64,000 bases of DNA from Octopus sinensis (GCF_006345805.1 NC_042997.1:65224001-65288000), one strand, 5' to 3'; counted from the first letter of the stretch, positions 12,456-26,545 are shown. Program-made: numbers and translations. The notes: generated from the letters alone by a model not told the origin.

Positions 12456-13893
12456 CTTAAAATCGGTTACTTAATTAGGAACTGATTGAAAAGCTTATCA
12501 GAAATATTTGATTTTCAAAACGTTCATTTGCTAAATGTTTTCAGGTTAATATTTGAATAAGATGGTACTACTTTGAATTAAAAAAAAAAAGCTTAATAAC
12601 ATTAAATGGAAAACAAGTTGACGGTTGATCGATTTTTACGTTTCTACTTTTTAGTACTAGCATTTCTACGCAAAGATAACATTTACTTAATGATTTAGAC
12701 GTATGCATCTGGTTGCAAGTAAAAAGAGACAGAGACAGAGAAGAGAAGTGAATATATATGCATATATACACAGTTACACACTTCTTTTGAAAGTCCCTTC
12801 CCTTACACAGACACACCCTACATTTTTGCACGCATACACATGCACGCACACACACAAACACACACACACATTAGTTTATCACTTATACATACAATCACGC
12901 ACATTAGAACGCAGGCGCACACAATCTCACACAGACATATTCTTCAAACTCACAGTTACGCAAATATACACGTGCACATACTGACACTTTCACACTTTCG
13001 CTTTGTCAATTCTTGTTTTGTTTTGCAACTTCGAATTATCCGTTCCCCTCGAGTCCTTTCACTCATTGCTACTATTTGACCGCTTCTAATAAGATAACCA
13101 TTTCACTCATCCGCATAAATCTTCACCTTTCATCTCTTTGTTCATATTTCCTTCTTTTGTGACCATTTCTCGTCGTTCTAGTGTCAAGTTTGTACCAACT
13201 TTACTAGGTTTTGTTTTGTATCATCCAGCACATACGTTATTTCATTTTCTTCTTTCACATTAACGTTTTCTTGGACTTCTTATCTCACTTTAGTATTTAA
13301 TCACTTCGACCGTTTTTCATCTTTCAGTCTGAAATTGATTTTAAGCAACACAGCTTTTCCTTTAATGAATCTACGAATGGTAGGTATTTAGCATACAAAA
13401 ACTCAATATTTAAAATATCCATATCTGGGTATACTACACTAATTTTAGTATGTGTGTATGCGCGCGCGTGCGTGTGCGTGTGTGCGTGTGCGTGTGTGTA
13501 TGTGTGTGTGTATGTGCGTGTGTGTGTGCGTGTGTGCATGCGTACGTGCGTGCCTGTGCTACGTGATTGTATCCGTTACCGTGTCAGTAACGCTACTATT
13601 ACCGAAACCGGGGAATAGAATGTCCACTGTTGTTCTTAGTGATGGAACACCAATTATTTCCGGGTGTAATAAAGTATCATATTTTATTAGAACTATTGTT
13701 CATTGGATATTGTATTACAGCTCATACGTACTCTAGCAATATATGTAATTATACGGTTGTTTTACGTAACATTAATCGGTTTCATAATAAATTGTGTGTT
13801 GTTACAGTGCCTCCTGTCAAGACCTATATGCATTGCCAGTGTGATTGGAAAAGTCAGAAATATGTATATATATATATATATATTGTTCTATCA

Positions 13894-14325
13894 AAGGCGG
13901 TGTGCTGGCAGCATCATTAACACGCCAGGTAAAATGCTTAGAGACATTCCGTCTGTCTTTACGTTCTGAGTTCAAATTCCATCGAAGACGTCATTGCCTT
14001 TCATCCTTTCGGAAGCGATAAAATAAATCCCGGTAGTATTCTGGCGTCTATGTAATCAACTTTCCTCCTTCTCCAAAATCGCTGGCCTTGTGCCAAGATT
14101 TTAAATCAATATTTATACTGTACCTAAGGAGGTTAAGGAGGTGAGCCAGCAGAATCGTTACACGCCGGGCTAAGCGATATTTCTCCCGCCATTACGTTCT
14201 GCGTTAAAATGCTGCCGGGGTCGACTTCTTCTTTCATCCATATCCACTCGGACTCGAGCATAGAGATCGTTGCAATCAATTTAGTTCATCCTTTAAATTG
14301 CCAAAATTTCAAACCAATATTTATG
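13894..14325 (+). mobile_element. Two tandem SINE family B copies
   Basis: Heads at about 13894 and 14135 (AAGG.GG.G.GC.GGCAG..). B-box GAGTTCAAATTCC and CCTTTCATCCTTTCGG body in the first copy. Confidence 0.8.
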
Positions 14326-15004
14326 CTATCCCTCTAATTACTGTCATTATCGTCTTCATAATCATCATGTACAAAAACCAAAACAAAAATAAGTTCCTCT
14401 CCGAATTGTTATAGCATGATTGTAATCTGGAATTTAACTCTATAAAGCAAGGATAAATGAAAAATTAACCAAACAAAACTACAATACTTTACAACACTTT
14501 TATTGCTTATTCTTGGACCAAATTATAATCATAGGTATCATCATTATGATTGTAAGCCCGGCACACATTCATTAAAAAATTTCACCGTCATTACCAACGC
14601 TCACGTCCCCCTCTGCACCCAAAGCATATCTGTATGCGTGTAGTTCTGTGTGCATATTACAATGTCAAAAATTAAAGCAAACGCTTCCTATAAAAAAACG
14701 TAGTGCTTGCGTAATCTAAAGCCTTCACTCCAAGAATAAAAAAGACATTTACATGTGATGCATGAAATTATTGATTTGCTTTAATTAGGCAAAAACCGAT
14801 TTAGACAGATGAAGAACTGCATTCGAGGGATTATTTATTTTTGTCCTCTACAGACGAATGAAATTAAGTTGGAGCACCAATGGATTATAAGTGAGATTTC
14901 AGTCTTCGGTAAAAAAGCGAATGTGCGTATATACATACGTACATACATGCATACATACATATGTACAAATGTACATACATACACACAATTATATATACAT
15001 ATAT

Positions 15005-15067
<63 letters not shown>

Positions 15068-15150
15068 GAAATTTACTGAAAAACAAAAGACGAAGATAGG
15101 TGTACAAAGAACGGTAGATGTATTACTTTGACGCTCGGGAAGGTGACTAA

Positions 15151-15187
15151 GTATTTTACATTTGGGCCTACGCTCTTCAACAGAAAG
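15151..15187 (-). ncRNA. Degenerate hammerhead-like motif in a pLTR-type repeat
   Basis: Minus strand: cuuu CUGUUGA A GAGC GUAG GCCC AAAUGUA|aaau. The architecture matches the motif at 49457-49491, but G12 is missing. Confidence 0.4.
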
Positions 15188-18100
15188 GAACACTAGGAAA
15201 AATAAAAAGAGAGAGAATAAAAAAAAGCTGTGAATTTAGCGGTCCATCATGGTGACTGGTTGGAAAATTGTAGTTGGAAATGAGAGCTAAAAAGAAAGGG
15301 AGATAATAAAGTACTGGTGATACCCAAACGGTGCGCGTGTGTATATGTGACAGTGTGTAAGAGTGCGCGTGTGGATAGGAGCTGATGACTTTGACGTGTG
15401 GATGTGAACACGTGTGTGTGCGTCTGTAAAGTGTGGGTGTGTGGATGATGATGTGGGTGGTGGGAAGTGGTGACTGGTAGTGTGTGCAGAGTGGTGTGGG
15501 TATGTGAAGGTGGGATGGAGTGGGTTTATGGTGAGGATTTGGGGATGAGGATATATATATATGCACCCATGTGTCCCTGTTTGATGAATACACATATATA
15601 ATTGAGCCTTATGTCTCATGATTCTTCCATTTCTCGTGAGAGAGAAGTACGTCCTTGTTGGTTTGTTATTTTTATTTTTTAATGTGCAGGGTTTAATGTT
15701 TGATTTGACTATATATATATATATATATACATATACATAAATGGCAATTTCTGCCTGTCTGGTGTCATCTTGTTGCCTGCCAGCGAACCAATCTCGCGTG
15801 AAAACTTTCCATACATGTTAAACTACCATCCAGTTCAATTATAGGCTAATTGGCTTGCAATAAAAATCGATAATGAGCCCCAACCGGGGGTTGGTCTATT
15901 ATATTATAAAATGAGACGGGTGCAAAGAGTGTTAGATTGAGGGAAATGTGGTGGCGTAATGAGGGTGGTTAATGTCACGGAAAGAGAGGAGACAGTAAGA
16001 GACAGATAGATATGGAATATAAGAGACAGAGAGAGAGAACGAGTTACAGGAACAAAGCGAGAGACCGAGAGGATGTGTTTACTGAGGAGAAGAGCGAATT
16101 TTAATATCTTGTTCCTTAATTTTTACCTATCACTTATCGCATACACTTTAGTGAATTAACTATCGTATGCTCAATCAAAACTTTTACAATATGTCCAACA
16201 ACAGATGTAAAACTAACTAGTTTTCAAATCACCGTATTAAGATTTATGAAAACTTAACCAACGTACTGAAACAATAAAACTATAGATAATGTCTTTCATT
16301 TCCGTCCATATAGGAATAACACGTCGTTGTCGGGTAATTGTTACATTCGAATGTCCTATATACATTTTTGTTTATTCTATATCAGACCATGCCTTCCTCG
16401 ACAGATATGCCTCTTGGTCAGGACAGATTAGTGCAATATTTCGCAAAAATAATTCCTTGACGATCTGGAACTAACAAATAACAAAATTGGATTTAACGTG
16501 GAAAATTATTTCAATATACCAAATTTGAAAATTTTGACGTAATTTTAAAATTTCACAATGAGAACAACAGGTAAAACTCTCAAAATTGGCAATAATCAAC
16601 TTTCTGTCAATTGTTTCATAGTGGCACATCGTCGGTTTTCTCATCCTTCGAACCATCAACCAATTCGAATTTGATATTACCTTATCATTACAATCAATCA
16701 ATTTTATGATTCAACTGTATTACTTGCCAACATTTTTAAATCTAGCCCAGATCATTGTGAATTTGTAAATCTATTTGTATACGGGAACTTAACAGGGAAC
16801 GGGGTAGGACATGAAACAGTGTAATGGAAACGGGAACTGAAAATAACACCCGCTCTTCCGGGTATTACTGGGTAATTCAGTTACTATATATATATACATA
16901 CATATGTGTCTGTGATGAATGCATATATAGAATCGTGCTTTGTGTCTCACAGATATGCAACATGACAGTTCCTCTCCACTTTGCAACAGTAAGCAATGTG
17001 TTTTAAGGTAAGATAGATCTTTCTTGTTTCTTCACGGATGCAGTTTGCCAACAGATTGACTGCATCACCATAGAAGATGCTGATACGACACAAAATGCCG
17101 GAAGCGAAAAAAAAACATATAGAGAGCAAAGCATTGCGCCTGACAATTCATCAGTTTTATCTGTCTACTGCCTTGCCCACGCCACATTGCATAACTATGC
17201 AATTACAGCGAATGAAGTAATAAACTTCTTCATTTTAAGTCAGCAGTAATTAGTCAACTTGTAATAGGTATTCTCAACGTTATGCTTTCGGGTTACGAAA
17301 TACAGCTACAATTTATTCCATGTTGCTTCCACAAAAGCAATGGTCAACAGAGGAAATCATTTCGATAAGAAATCAAATTAGTGTCGGAAAACTGAATAGC
17401 ATAAAGATGATTCAAGTTATGAAGTAATCTTCTAAATTGCACACTTCTATTGCACACCACTTTTCCTATATATGAATCCCAGCCAGTATTAGTGTGACCT
17501 AACGTTTCCTTCTCCCTTTTTACACAAGTGTGTTTCAAGGCAGATTTCTATATCATGCCTCACAGGCAGAGTTATAGCGTCTGCAAGTGTGTGAGTATTG
17601 TCCTTTAGAGAGCTTCAATTAAACAGATATCAAACAAAAACCACTTCCTCTTTATACCTGTATGTGAGAATAAATTAGAAAATGTGCATTTAAAAGCTTT
17701 TAATACAGTAGGATAAAATCTAATGGTGACTTGCCTCCTATATATAGGAGATCAGACACTGTAAATCGATGTGTGAAGGGTAACTGTGTTGGTAATATGA
17801 TAGTGGTGCTGGAGGTAATGATGTTGCTATCTAACCTGAAGCTGAAGAGACAAAAATACAGTTACAACCCAGCTACACAATTGAAATCCTCTTTCTAAAT
17901 AATTTCAAAAATTTGAATATCTACAATTTTATCTGCAAACATTCCTCTTTCCTATGACATTAAAAACTTGAATTTCTGAAATTTTCTAAGAGTATTTAAT
18001 TTTTTTCTATGATTATTCGAATGTGAAAACATCTTTTTTTATCACAAGGATATTCTTAAACACCTCAGGCTATCTAACTTCAAACAGGTGACTCTTTGTG

Positions 18101-18869
18101 ATTACATAATTTCTTAATTTTTACTAGCTCTTCGAACACACTAACATTGCTTTTGCAAATCCTGAAAAAACTGAAGCGCCTCCAAAAGTCAATACTCAAA
18201 TAACTTTCCAGAACTGTTCACAAACGCAGCAGATAAGCGACTGGCATACTTACTAACCCCACCTACGAAAACTGTAAATCACAGCAAATCTTCATTTAAT
18301 ATTGTGAAAAATTCAACCGTGTATATATTTATTTTCAATTGATAATTGAAACAGATCAAAATAAATCAGTTCTTTTCAAAATCTACCATCACTCTTATCA
18401 TCCATAGTAGTAGTAGCTTATACTTCTCTGATCACATATTTTGACCCCTGCTGACGACATAGATACAAGAGCTCCTCTGTTTGTTCCCCATCAACAGCTA
18501 TTTAATCTATTTATAGATTAATGATATCTAAGTCTATGACCACTAAACTGTGCCTCTTCCGCCTACTATCCTCTCAACTCTCATGTACTTATGAGTACAT
18601 AAGATAAGAATTTAATAATACTACACACAGTGGTAGAAGCAAAGCTTGCCAATCTTTGCCAATCTCCAGCAGCAACTTATAAAGTAACAACAATGAAAAC
18701 ACCAACACTGCTACTATATCTACAGAAGGTAACCACAAGGACAAAACGAACAATGATAATAGTATAATAATAGCAATGGTAACCTCAATAATAATTATAG
18801 TCAAAATAATGGTGGTGAAATAGCAATAATCGTTTGTTTATTAGCGACACTGAACTTAATAATAACTGT

Positions 18870-19720
18870 AATATTTATGTCCCACAAAATGCTTTATGAA
18901 GCACACAGGAGAATTAAAATAAAGGTACGCCAAATCGTTTCTCGTGTAGTTAATCTGCAAGCGCTTTCTTCAGTGGGGAAGCAACTTAAGGTCGAAAAGT
19001 GATCCACTGGCAATGTGGCAATGTTTAAAAAGGAACTTGAGCAGGAACAAACTATAAATAGCTAGGAATGAGTGAAGGCTATAGTATTCAGTATGCAGAC
19101 ATGAAATAGAAGCTCAAGAAGGAATGTTATTTTAGTGTATGTGCAAGTCTTAAACCTGAGCTAAATGCACATAAGAAGGTGCCAGCCACGAATTCATGAG
19201 CAGTTCTATATGTTACATATAGTTTCAATGTATTGAACTGGAATATCAGTGAAATGTAAAACATTAACAGAAAAATTCATAAGTCGATCACTTGTAGTAA
19301 AATACATCACTCAAAGGCGGTCGTGGATCGTCTTTAACTTCCTAAAGACCAAAGACCAAGGAGGTTTCCTCCTGTGTGAAATTTCTCAAAAGAGTCAACT
19401 CTATCATGAAACAACAAACGTCTGGTTGCTGAAACACGTTGAAAACCACGAGGAGTGTAATATGCATCATTTTATCTCCGAGAGCAAATAATTTCCTATT
19501 GGTTGCATGAATAATATCCACACTGAACAGCATGACGAAGTTTGGCAAATGTTGCACAGAAATTAGAAATAAAAGCAAAGAAACAAGCGCATGAACAATG
19601 AGCTGGTAGGTGTGAGCAGAAATCTGTGCATGGCAAATACGCTGCACGTAGGTAACAAGCTGATGTTGCCTACACATATACTAATCAATGGCTACGAAGC
19701 TCAAGTTAATAGGCCAGAAA
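18870..19720 (+). mobile_element. R4/Dong-type LINE, RT C-terminal/thumb fragment (pseudogenised)
   Basis: Translates with stops and frameshifts to ..KLKKECY..LKPELNAHKK..YSFNVLNWNISEM*NINRKIHK..HHSKAVVDRL*LPKDQ..GGF..K.LHGKY..TNQWLRSS, the pattern of RLE-type R4-clade RTs. Confidence 0.75.
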
Positions 19721-19958
19721 CTACGCGGCCAGAACTAATGCAAAGGAAAGAACAATTAGGAATTCTTTCCCCTGAGCTGTATACTTATTTCTTTATCTGG
19801 AAACCTTGCACTGTCGCGTGTTGATTCTTTGCGTTCTTAACCAAGATGGAGACGAGCACCAGCGTCCCTTCTTCCAAGCTTGATAACTTCATAATTAATA
19901 GTAGACTTGTAAACACACAAATAAAGAAGTATACCCAAAAAGTATGTGTGTGTATACA

Positions 19959-19994
<36 letters not shown>

Positions 19995-19997
<3 letters not shown>

Positions 19998-20490
19998 GAT
20001 ATGGCCGTCTACTCTTGACTGAGGAAGATCATTGCCGACCTTCAGTCTCCCACTCAGTCTCCTGAATATCACAGGCCTTTAATGAGGACTTGTCACAGTC
20101 CTTAAATCGCAGCCTTGGATTATGTCGGGTTTCTCTTTCCATTCACAAGTTCCCCATATAGCATCTGCTTAGGTGTCCTGCTATCCTTCATTTTAATGAG
20201 ATATCCAGTCCAACGTAACCGGTGGTTGCGCACCATCGCCTCAATACTGAATATATCAGCTCTCCTCAAGACCTGTGTGTCTGGGGTTTTTAAGGTCCAG
20301 CCAACATTCGGAATGTGTCTCAGACATCTCTGATGAAAGCGTTCAAGGACCCCTACATGACGTTTGTAAAGAGTCCATGTCTCACATAAGTAAAGGAGTG
20401 ATGTCAATACATATGCACTGTACACAGCAATTTTTCTTTGCTTTGTGATGCCATACTGGGACCAGACACGAGACTGAAGAGACAGGAAGG
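19995..20490 (-). mobile_element. RTE-clade LINE 3' fragment
   Basis: VY.AYVLTSLLYLCETW..LERFHQRCLRHI..W..VLRRA..SIE..RLRWTG..PKQMLYGEL..GKR..RLRFKD, then the 3' UTR. Confidence 0.9.
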
Positions 20491-20509
20491 AATCAGTTGC
20501 TCTCTGCAG

Positions 20510-21404
20510 TCAGAAACATATTTCATTATCCAAAGAGCAAGAACTCAAGAAGATGCAGAGGTTGGTTTGCAATGTTCAAAAATGGTGATTTCAGCCTAAG
20601 AAAGAGGCTACGGATAATACATCCTTCTTTTGTGAGAGCTTGAGGAGGATAATGCTGCGTTAGTTGAAGAATTGACAAGCGAGCTCAATTCAAGCCATTC
20701 AACTGTTCACTGTCATCTTCAACAGCATGGAAAGGTCCCAATCTTGGAAAAGTATGTTCCTAGTGATTTGACAGAAGGCGACCGATGATCACGAGTGAAC
20801 ATCTGTTCATCTCTTGACTCTTGTGAACTTGACTCACAACTTTTGGACAGATAAGCAACTGGTGATGAAAATGGATTTTTTATGAAAATGTTAAGCGATG
20901 CAGGCAATGGCTTAGTTATGGAGAACGCTAAACCACAACCCAAAAAGAACCTCCAAACAAAAAAGTTCTTCTGTCTGGTGGAATTGCAATAGTTATTATA
21001 CCTATTGCCAACAATTAAAGCGTTTGGATACGGCTTTAAAGAAAAACAAGCCTTCTTTGGCGAATTGTACGGAAAAGGTTCTTCATCATGATAATGTATG
21101 GCCCAAAACTACAAAGATTACATTAGAAAAAAATAAAAGAATTTGGCTGGGAAAAAGTCCCTCCTCCACCTTATTCCCCGGGCCCCTCTCCTTCTGATTA
21201 TCATTTGTTTTGAAGCTTATAGATTCATTTAGATGGATTAATACTCAAAAGAGATTTTCTCTAATGGAATTAAATGACTGATGAGTAGATGGAAGTCATC
21301 GATAATGATGAGAATTATATTCAGGATTAAATTTTAATAAAATGCAAAATTAGATCATTTTTTCCTTTACCCCAAATTCGGACATTACTTATGGGATGAC
21401 CTGA
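20510..21404 (+). mobile_element. 5'-truncated, decayed mariner (DD34D, Hsmar/cecropia-like)
   Basis: RRWFAMFKNGDFSL, TGDE, VWWN, YCQQL, HHDN, PPYSP..PSDYHLF, GIK*LMSRW. 3' TIR CGGACATTACTTATGGGATGACCTGA followed by TA. Confidence 0.9.
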
Positions 21405-21738
21405 TATATATATATATATATGAATAATCGTATGTGAGCGTACGCTGTGTATATATGTATTAAGTTAGATGTGGCTGAATATGCGTATGTTTAAGAAGCA
21501 TCAGGTGTAAAGCAAGATTTGGATTCATTCCTGCAGCTCCGATTGTAGACATTTTCTCGTTCAGAGGTTTCTGATGTAATTATCATTTGCACACCTGTAC
21601 ACCTGCACTTCATCCATCGACGACACTCAATTACTATGAAATCACTGATAGCAGTCTTTAAATTAGAACTACAAAGCCATAATTGCAGATTGACGCTATG
21701 CATTAACGTTTCAGGAAAATCCTTGCAGTTTTAGGATC

Positions 21739-22101
21739 AGACGCAGGAGTGACTGTGTGGTAAGACGTTCGCTTCCTTCCCCTTCCGTGACAGCTTGGGC
21801 AAGAGTCTTCTACTATAGCTTCGGGACGACCAAAGCCTTATGGGTAATTTTGGTAGACGGAAACGGAAGGAAGCTCGTCATGTGTGTGTGTTTGTGCGTC
21901 GCTGTCCCCATCATCGCGTGACAACCGATATTGGTGTGTTTACATCCCCGTAACTTAACGGTTCAGTAAAAAATACCAAAAGAGTAAGTACTAGGGTTAA
22001 AATAAGTACTAGGGTTACGTGCTGGAGTCGATTTGTTCAGCTAAAGGTAGTGCTCCAGCATGGCCGCAGTCAAATGACTGAAACAAGTAAAAAAGTAAGA
22101 G
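21739..22101 (+). mobile_element. SINE family A copy
   Basis: Head GCAGGAGTGACTGTGTGGTAAG through tail GCATGGCCGCAGTCAAATGACTGAAACAAGTAAA. Confidence 0.9.
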
Positions 22102-22894
22102 CGTATTCGGGTCAATGAATCATCAAACCTTTTTGGTTATTTTAAAGTAGTATCAGAATGATTTTCCTAAGAAATCATTATGACGCTTCATAAGATGCTT
22201 TACAGTAATTGTTTTAAATGTCTACGACCTCACTTCAAATCCGCCGATGACAGCTTTCAGTTTAGAACTTTTCGTCGAGAAGAGAAAATATCATTCAAAT
22301 GCCCGATTCTGAGTTCGAATTCTGGCAAGCCGTTAGTAGGTACTACACTTAAACCATGGCACGAATTAACACCAACTACGTAAGAATTAGCATAAATTAA
22401 GTGGCGTCGAATGAGTACCAAGCTTCGAGCCTAGCTTCTTGTTCTAAGAGATCTTTTTTCTGCACCCCGCCCTACCCACAGGTCTGAGAGTCCCTTAGAG
22501 TATATGAAATTTAATGAAGGCCTTACTGTATTGGAATTTAGAAGCATCAATGAAGAGTTCGACTGTCGTATATGGCGAACCATAACTCGCTTATATCTAT
22601 TCATTGTTGAAAACTGATACTGATATTTTTCCCAATAGTATTTTCGCGCAAACATATGCAATGAACTGTCAGGTTTCATTGTAATCTTTTATGCATCAGA
22701 AGTTTTCGGATATTGGATTTTAGCTTATATATAACGGCTGCTGTACTGCATATCCGTCCCCTTGTCCCCTGATACTCAATGGAATTGTTCTTACAAATCC
22801 CTTAAATTTACCATCTACGAGAAATAACATAGAATGATATTTCGAAAATTTATCCAAAATAGATATTACTGTCGTATTTTAGAGTTCTGCTTCA

Positions 22895-24067
22895 GCAGAA
22901 CTATGATCATTAACATGTATGTTTGAATGTATACTAACTGAAAGAATATACACTTTCCTTGAAGAATTCTTATGGATGCAAAGATGAATTACTCATAAAT
23001 AAAATTACTGTAGAGAAAACGCTGAAGCAACAAGATGAATCTGAGTATGGCATGGATTGACTACAGGAATGCGTTTGATAATATACCACATAATTGATAC
23101 ATAATTGGCAAAAAAGAATGGGCAGAAACAAATTGAGGAACGGTGGAACCAGACGCCTCTGCATGGACAATATATACTTCAAAGCCGAAATGTTGATGTA
23201 CACCAAGCAACAACCCACAGCAGCTGTGAAGCTCAGGACAGAAAGCAGAGAATGAAGGTTTCATATTGGCGGTTCAAAATCGAAGCTTGCTTACCAAAGC
23301 TTCCAGACTCGTAAAGAGTTCAGATCCTAAATGCAGATTCTGCGATATATTTGATGAAACAATAGACCATTTCGTCTCTGGATGTTCTGGGCTCACACCA
23401 AATGAATAAAAAATCGCCACGATAGGATAGGAAAGAATTTACATTGGAAAATATGCAAACAATACAAAATCAGCACTCCTTACTGGTATGAACATCATCC
23501 TGAGCCAGACGTTGAAGGTAAACATGTCACTATCCGCTTGAATTTTCCAGTCAACACCGACAGGACGATCCAGGCTAATCGATCGGAGATGATCTATTAA
23601 AGACAGAGAAGAAAATTTTTGTAGACTAATCGATGTATGTGTTCCCACAGATAAAAATATATCAGGAATTTGACAAATTAAATAAATTTAAAGACTGGGA
23701 AATTGAAATAAAAGAGATGTGGCATTTTAAAACGAGAACTGTTGCTGTTATGGTAGTTGCTCTAGATATATTAAGAAAGGGGTGTCAGATACATCTAGAT
23801 AATATCCCAGGAGAACCATGTCTAAGAGGAATTCAAAAGATTATGTTCACAAGTACTGCCCACATGCTTAGAAAAATCCTATCATTTTGAATGTCTGTAC
23901 TATTTTACCTGAAGGTATTTCTTTACTACCCCTACCACTGCCCTTCCTAAGCTTTCAGTCATACTGTAACACATCTTATCCTTCACTCACCCTAGGACGC
24001 TGGGTATGTCTCGGCGAGTGATTGTAACACACATGCACATTAAAAGTAAATAGTAATAATAATAATA
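22895..24067 (+). mobile_element. R4/Dong-type RLE non-LTR retrotransposon, internally deleted, with 3' UTR and (TAA)n tail
   Basis: YGCKDELLINK..LSMAWIDYRNAFDNIPH (RT), then W.QTPLHGQY, zinc knuckle CRFC..ETIDHFVSGC, RHD, PD..D-like nuclease region, K..K.KD.EIEI..MW..IQK..STAHMLRKILSF*. Confidence 0.85.
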
Positions 24068-24390
24068 CTATCTTCTAAATGCACAAGGGCTGAAATATTT
24101 TGGGGGAGGGTACTAAACGATTACATCGATCCCAGTTTGTAACTGGTACTAAATTTATCAACCCTAAAAGGATGAAAGGTAAAGTCGACCTCGGCGGATT
24201 TTGAACTCACAACGTAGCGGCAGACGAAATACCTATTTCTTTACTACCACAAGGGGCTAAACACAGAGGGGCCAACCATGGACAGACACACGGATTAAGT
24301 CGATTACATCGATCCCAGTGCGTAACGGCAGACGAAATACGGCTACGCATTTCGCCCGGCGTGCTAAGGTTTCTGCCAGCTCGCCGCCTT
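24068..24390 (-). mobile_element. Dimeric SINE family B inserted in the Dong (TAA)n tail
   Basis: Head, partly deleted unit 1, tail 1, GAAATAG|GTATTTCG junction, unit 2, tail 2. AATAATAATA occurs on both sides (24058-24067 and 24391-24400). Confidence 0.9.
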
Positions 24391-24989
24391 AATAATAATA
24401 TTAATAATAAAGGATTACCAGGAGGATCCTAAGCACCTGAAAGAGGGCTGAAAACTTGTAGATACCTTAAGTTACAAGTACTAACCCGCTACCCACAAAA
24501 TGCCTACCAAGAATAAGACTCAAACTCAGCCAAACCAAAATAATAATAACGATAATGTTGATGTTATTATTACATGTGTTTTAAGTTTTAAAATATTGTA
24601 TTTAAAGTATATCTATTTTTTAAATTTCATCCGTTTTTCTTAATTGTTTCTTATCAAAAACCACGAAATCTTATTGGGTATGAAATCACTTAAGACTTGG
24701 TATTAGAAAATGTTTGTTCAACGTCAATTCTAACAAATAAATTTCCGTTGCACTTAAGCATCAACTTTCCATTAAATAAAACGTATTGAAATCAAATTAC
24801 AAACGTGTGTTTGACCCGAATCATTATCATTGGTTTGGTAAGTAGTGAATGAAGATTTCTGGGTCAGCATGTTTTGATTCTCCAAACAGTTTTCCAATTA
24901 GAATAACAAAATATGAAGCAATTGAAACAGTAGTTGAAAAGAACAAAAATACATCAGATTGATTATTAAACACAATATATAACAAATGC

Positions 24990-25285
<296 letters not shown>

Positions 25286-25782
25286 AACAAGCACAGCATA
25301 ATCAAAATTATCCGTAATCATCTGGAAATATGATTAATCAAGTGATAGTACATCAATATTTGAATAGTTACCATAAATAATGTGGTTGCGAAAACTTATT
25401 TTCTTATCATCAGTACAATGACGGAGGAACAAAGTGTGTTTGACTGAGTTTTTGATTTAATCATTACTTATGTGCTTATTTTACAATATAAGGTCATACG
25501 TCAGTGCAGCATAAATTCATTCAGTAGAAAATAAAATAGTTTAAACATTTACTACTTTAGTGAAAATAGTCCAGTAAATCGCAATGGAAGTGTGTGCATT
25601 GAATAACCGATATTTTGTTTTACAAAATTTCAAAATGTTGTAACATTTTAAATAGTTGTATTTCTACTACAGATAAAGTTAAGAAAAATATGCAAATATT
25701 TAAATAATATTCTATAATGTAATAATCGATATGATGATAATATTTAAGAACTAAGAAGCTTGCTAGAGCTTTTTAGTACACT

Positions 25783-26015
25783 AAGGGCGGCGAGCTGGCA
25801 GAAACGTTAGTACGCTGGGCGAAATGCTTACCAGTATTTCGTCTGCCGCTCTGTTCTGAGTTCTAATTCCGCCGAGGTCGACTTTGCCTTTCATCCTCTT
25901 GGGGTCGATTAAATAAACAGTAGTTATGCACTGGAGTCGATATAATCGACTTAATCCGTTTGTCTGTCCTTGTTTGTCCCCTCTGTGTGTAGCCCCTTGT
26001 GGGCAGTAAAGAAAT
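25783..26015 (+). mobile_element. SINE family B monomer (tail 1)
   Basis: A-box TGGCAGAAACGTTAG, B-box GAGTTCTAATTCC, tail CCCCTTGTGGGCAGTAAAGAAAT. Confidence 0.92.
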
Positions 26016-26156
26016 GAGAAGGTTGCTTCTCGACGACATGGTTCTGGGTTTAGTATCTCTGCGTAGCACCTTGGGCAAGTGTTTCTACTGTAGCTCCGAG
26101 CCGACCAAAGTTTTATGAGTAGATTTGGTAGAAGGAAAGAGAAATAAGCCCATCAC

Positions 26157-26160
<4 letters not shown>
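26016..26160 (+). mobile_element. SINE family A 5' half directly after the B copy
   Basis: GGTTCTGGGTTTAGT..CTTGGGCAAGTGT..CCGACCAAAG, ending in (TA)n. Confidence 0.8.
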
Positions 26161-26199
<39 letters not shown>

Positions 26200-26202
<3 letters not shown>

Positions 26203-26545
26203 CGGAGATGTACCTGTGCATAGCAAGTGATTTGATCTGAGATCGTGTGCTGAAACGAAAACAATTGCAGCTTGGAAGGTGTTTGTAAGCCATTTAAGAA
26301 ACACAGAAAAGCCGTTCGATTCACTTCCACATTTAAGTTTAATTTGTCAAAATATTTTCGTCGCTTTAAGACCGCGACCTGTTCACTGACAAAATCCGGG
26401 ATGCAGCATGGAATTTTGTCAGTGAACAGGTCGCGGTCTTAAAGCAACGAAAATACTTTGACAAATTAAACTTAAATGTTGAAGTGAATCGAACGGCTAT
26501 TGTGTGTTTCTTAAATGGCTTACAAGCACCTTCCACGCTGCAATT

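Noticed and set aside
17007-17249. 80-codon ATG-less open frame on the plus strand
   Set aside because: No recognisable homology and no convincing donor.
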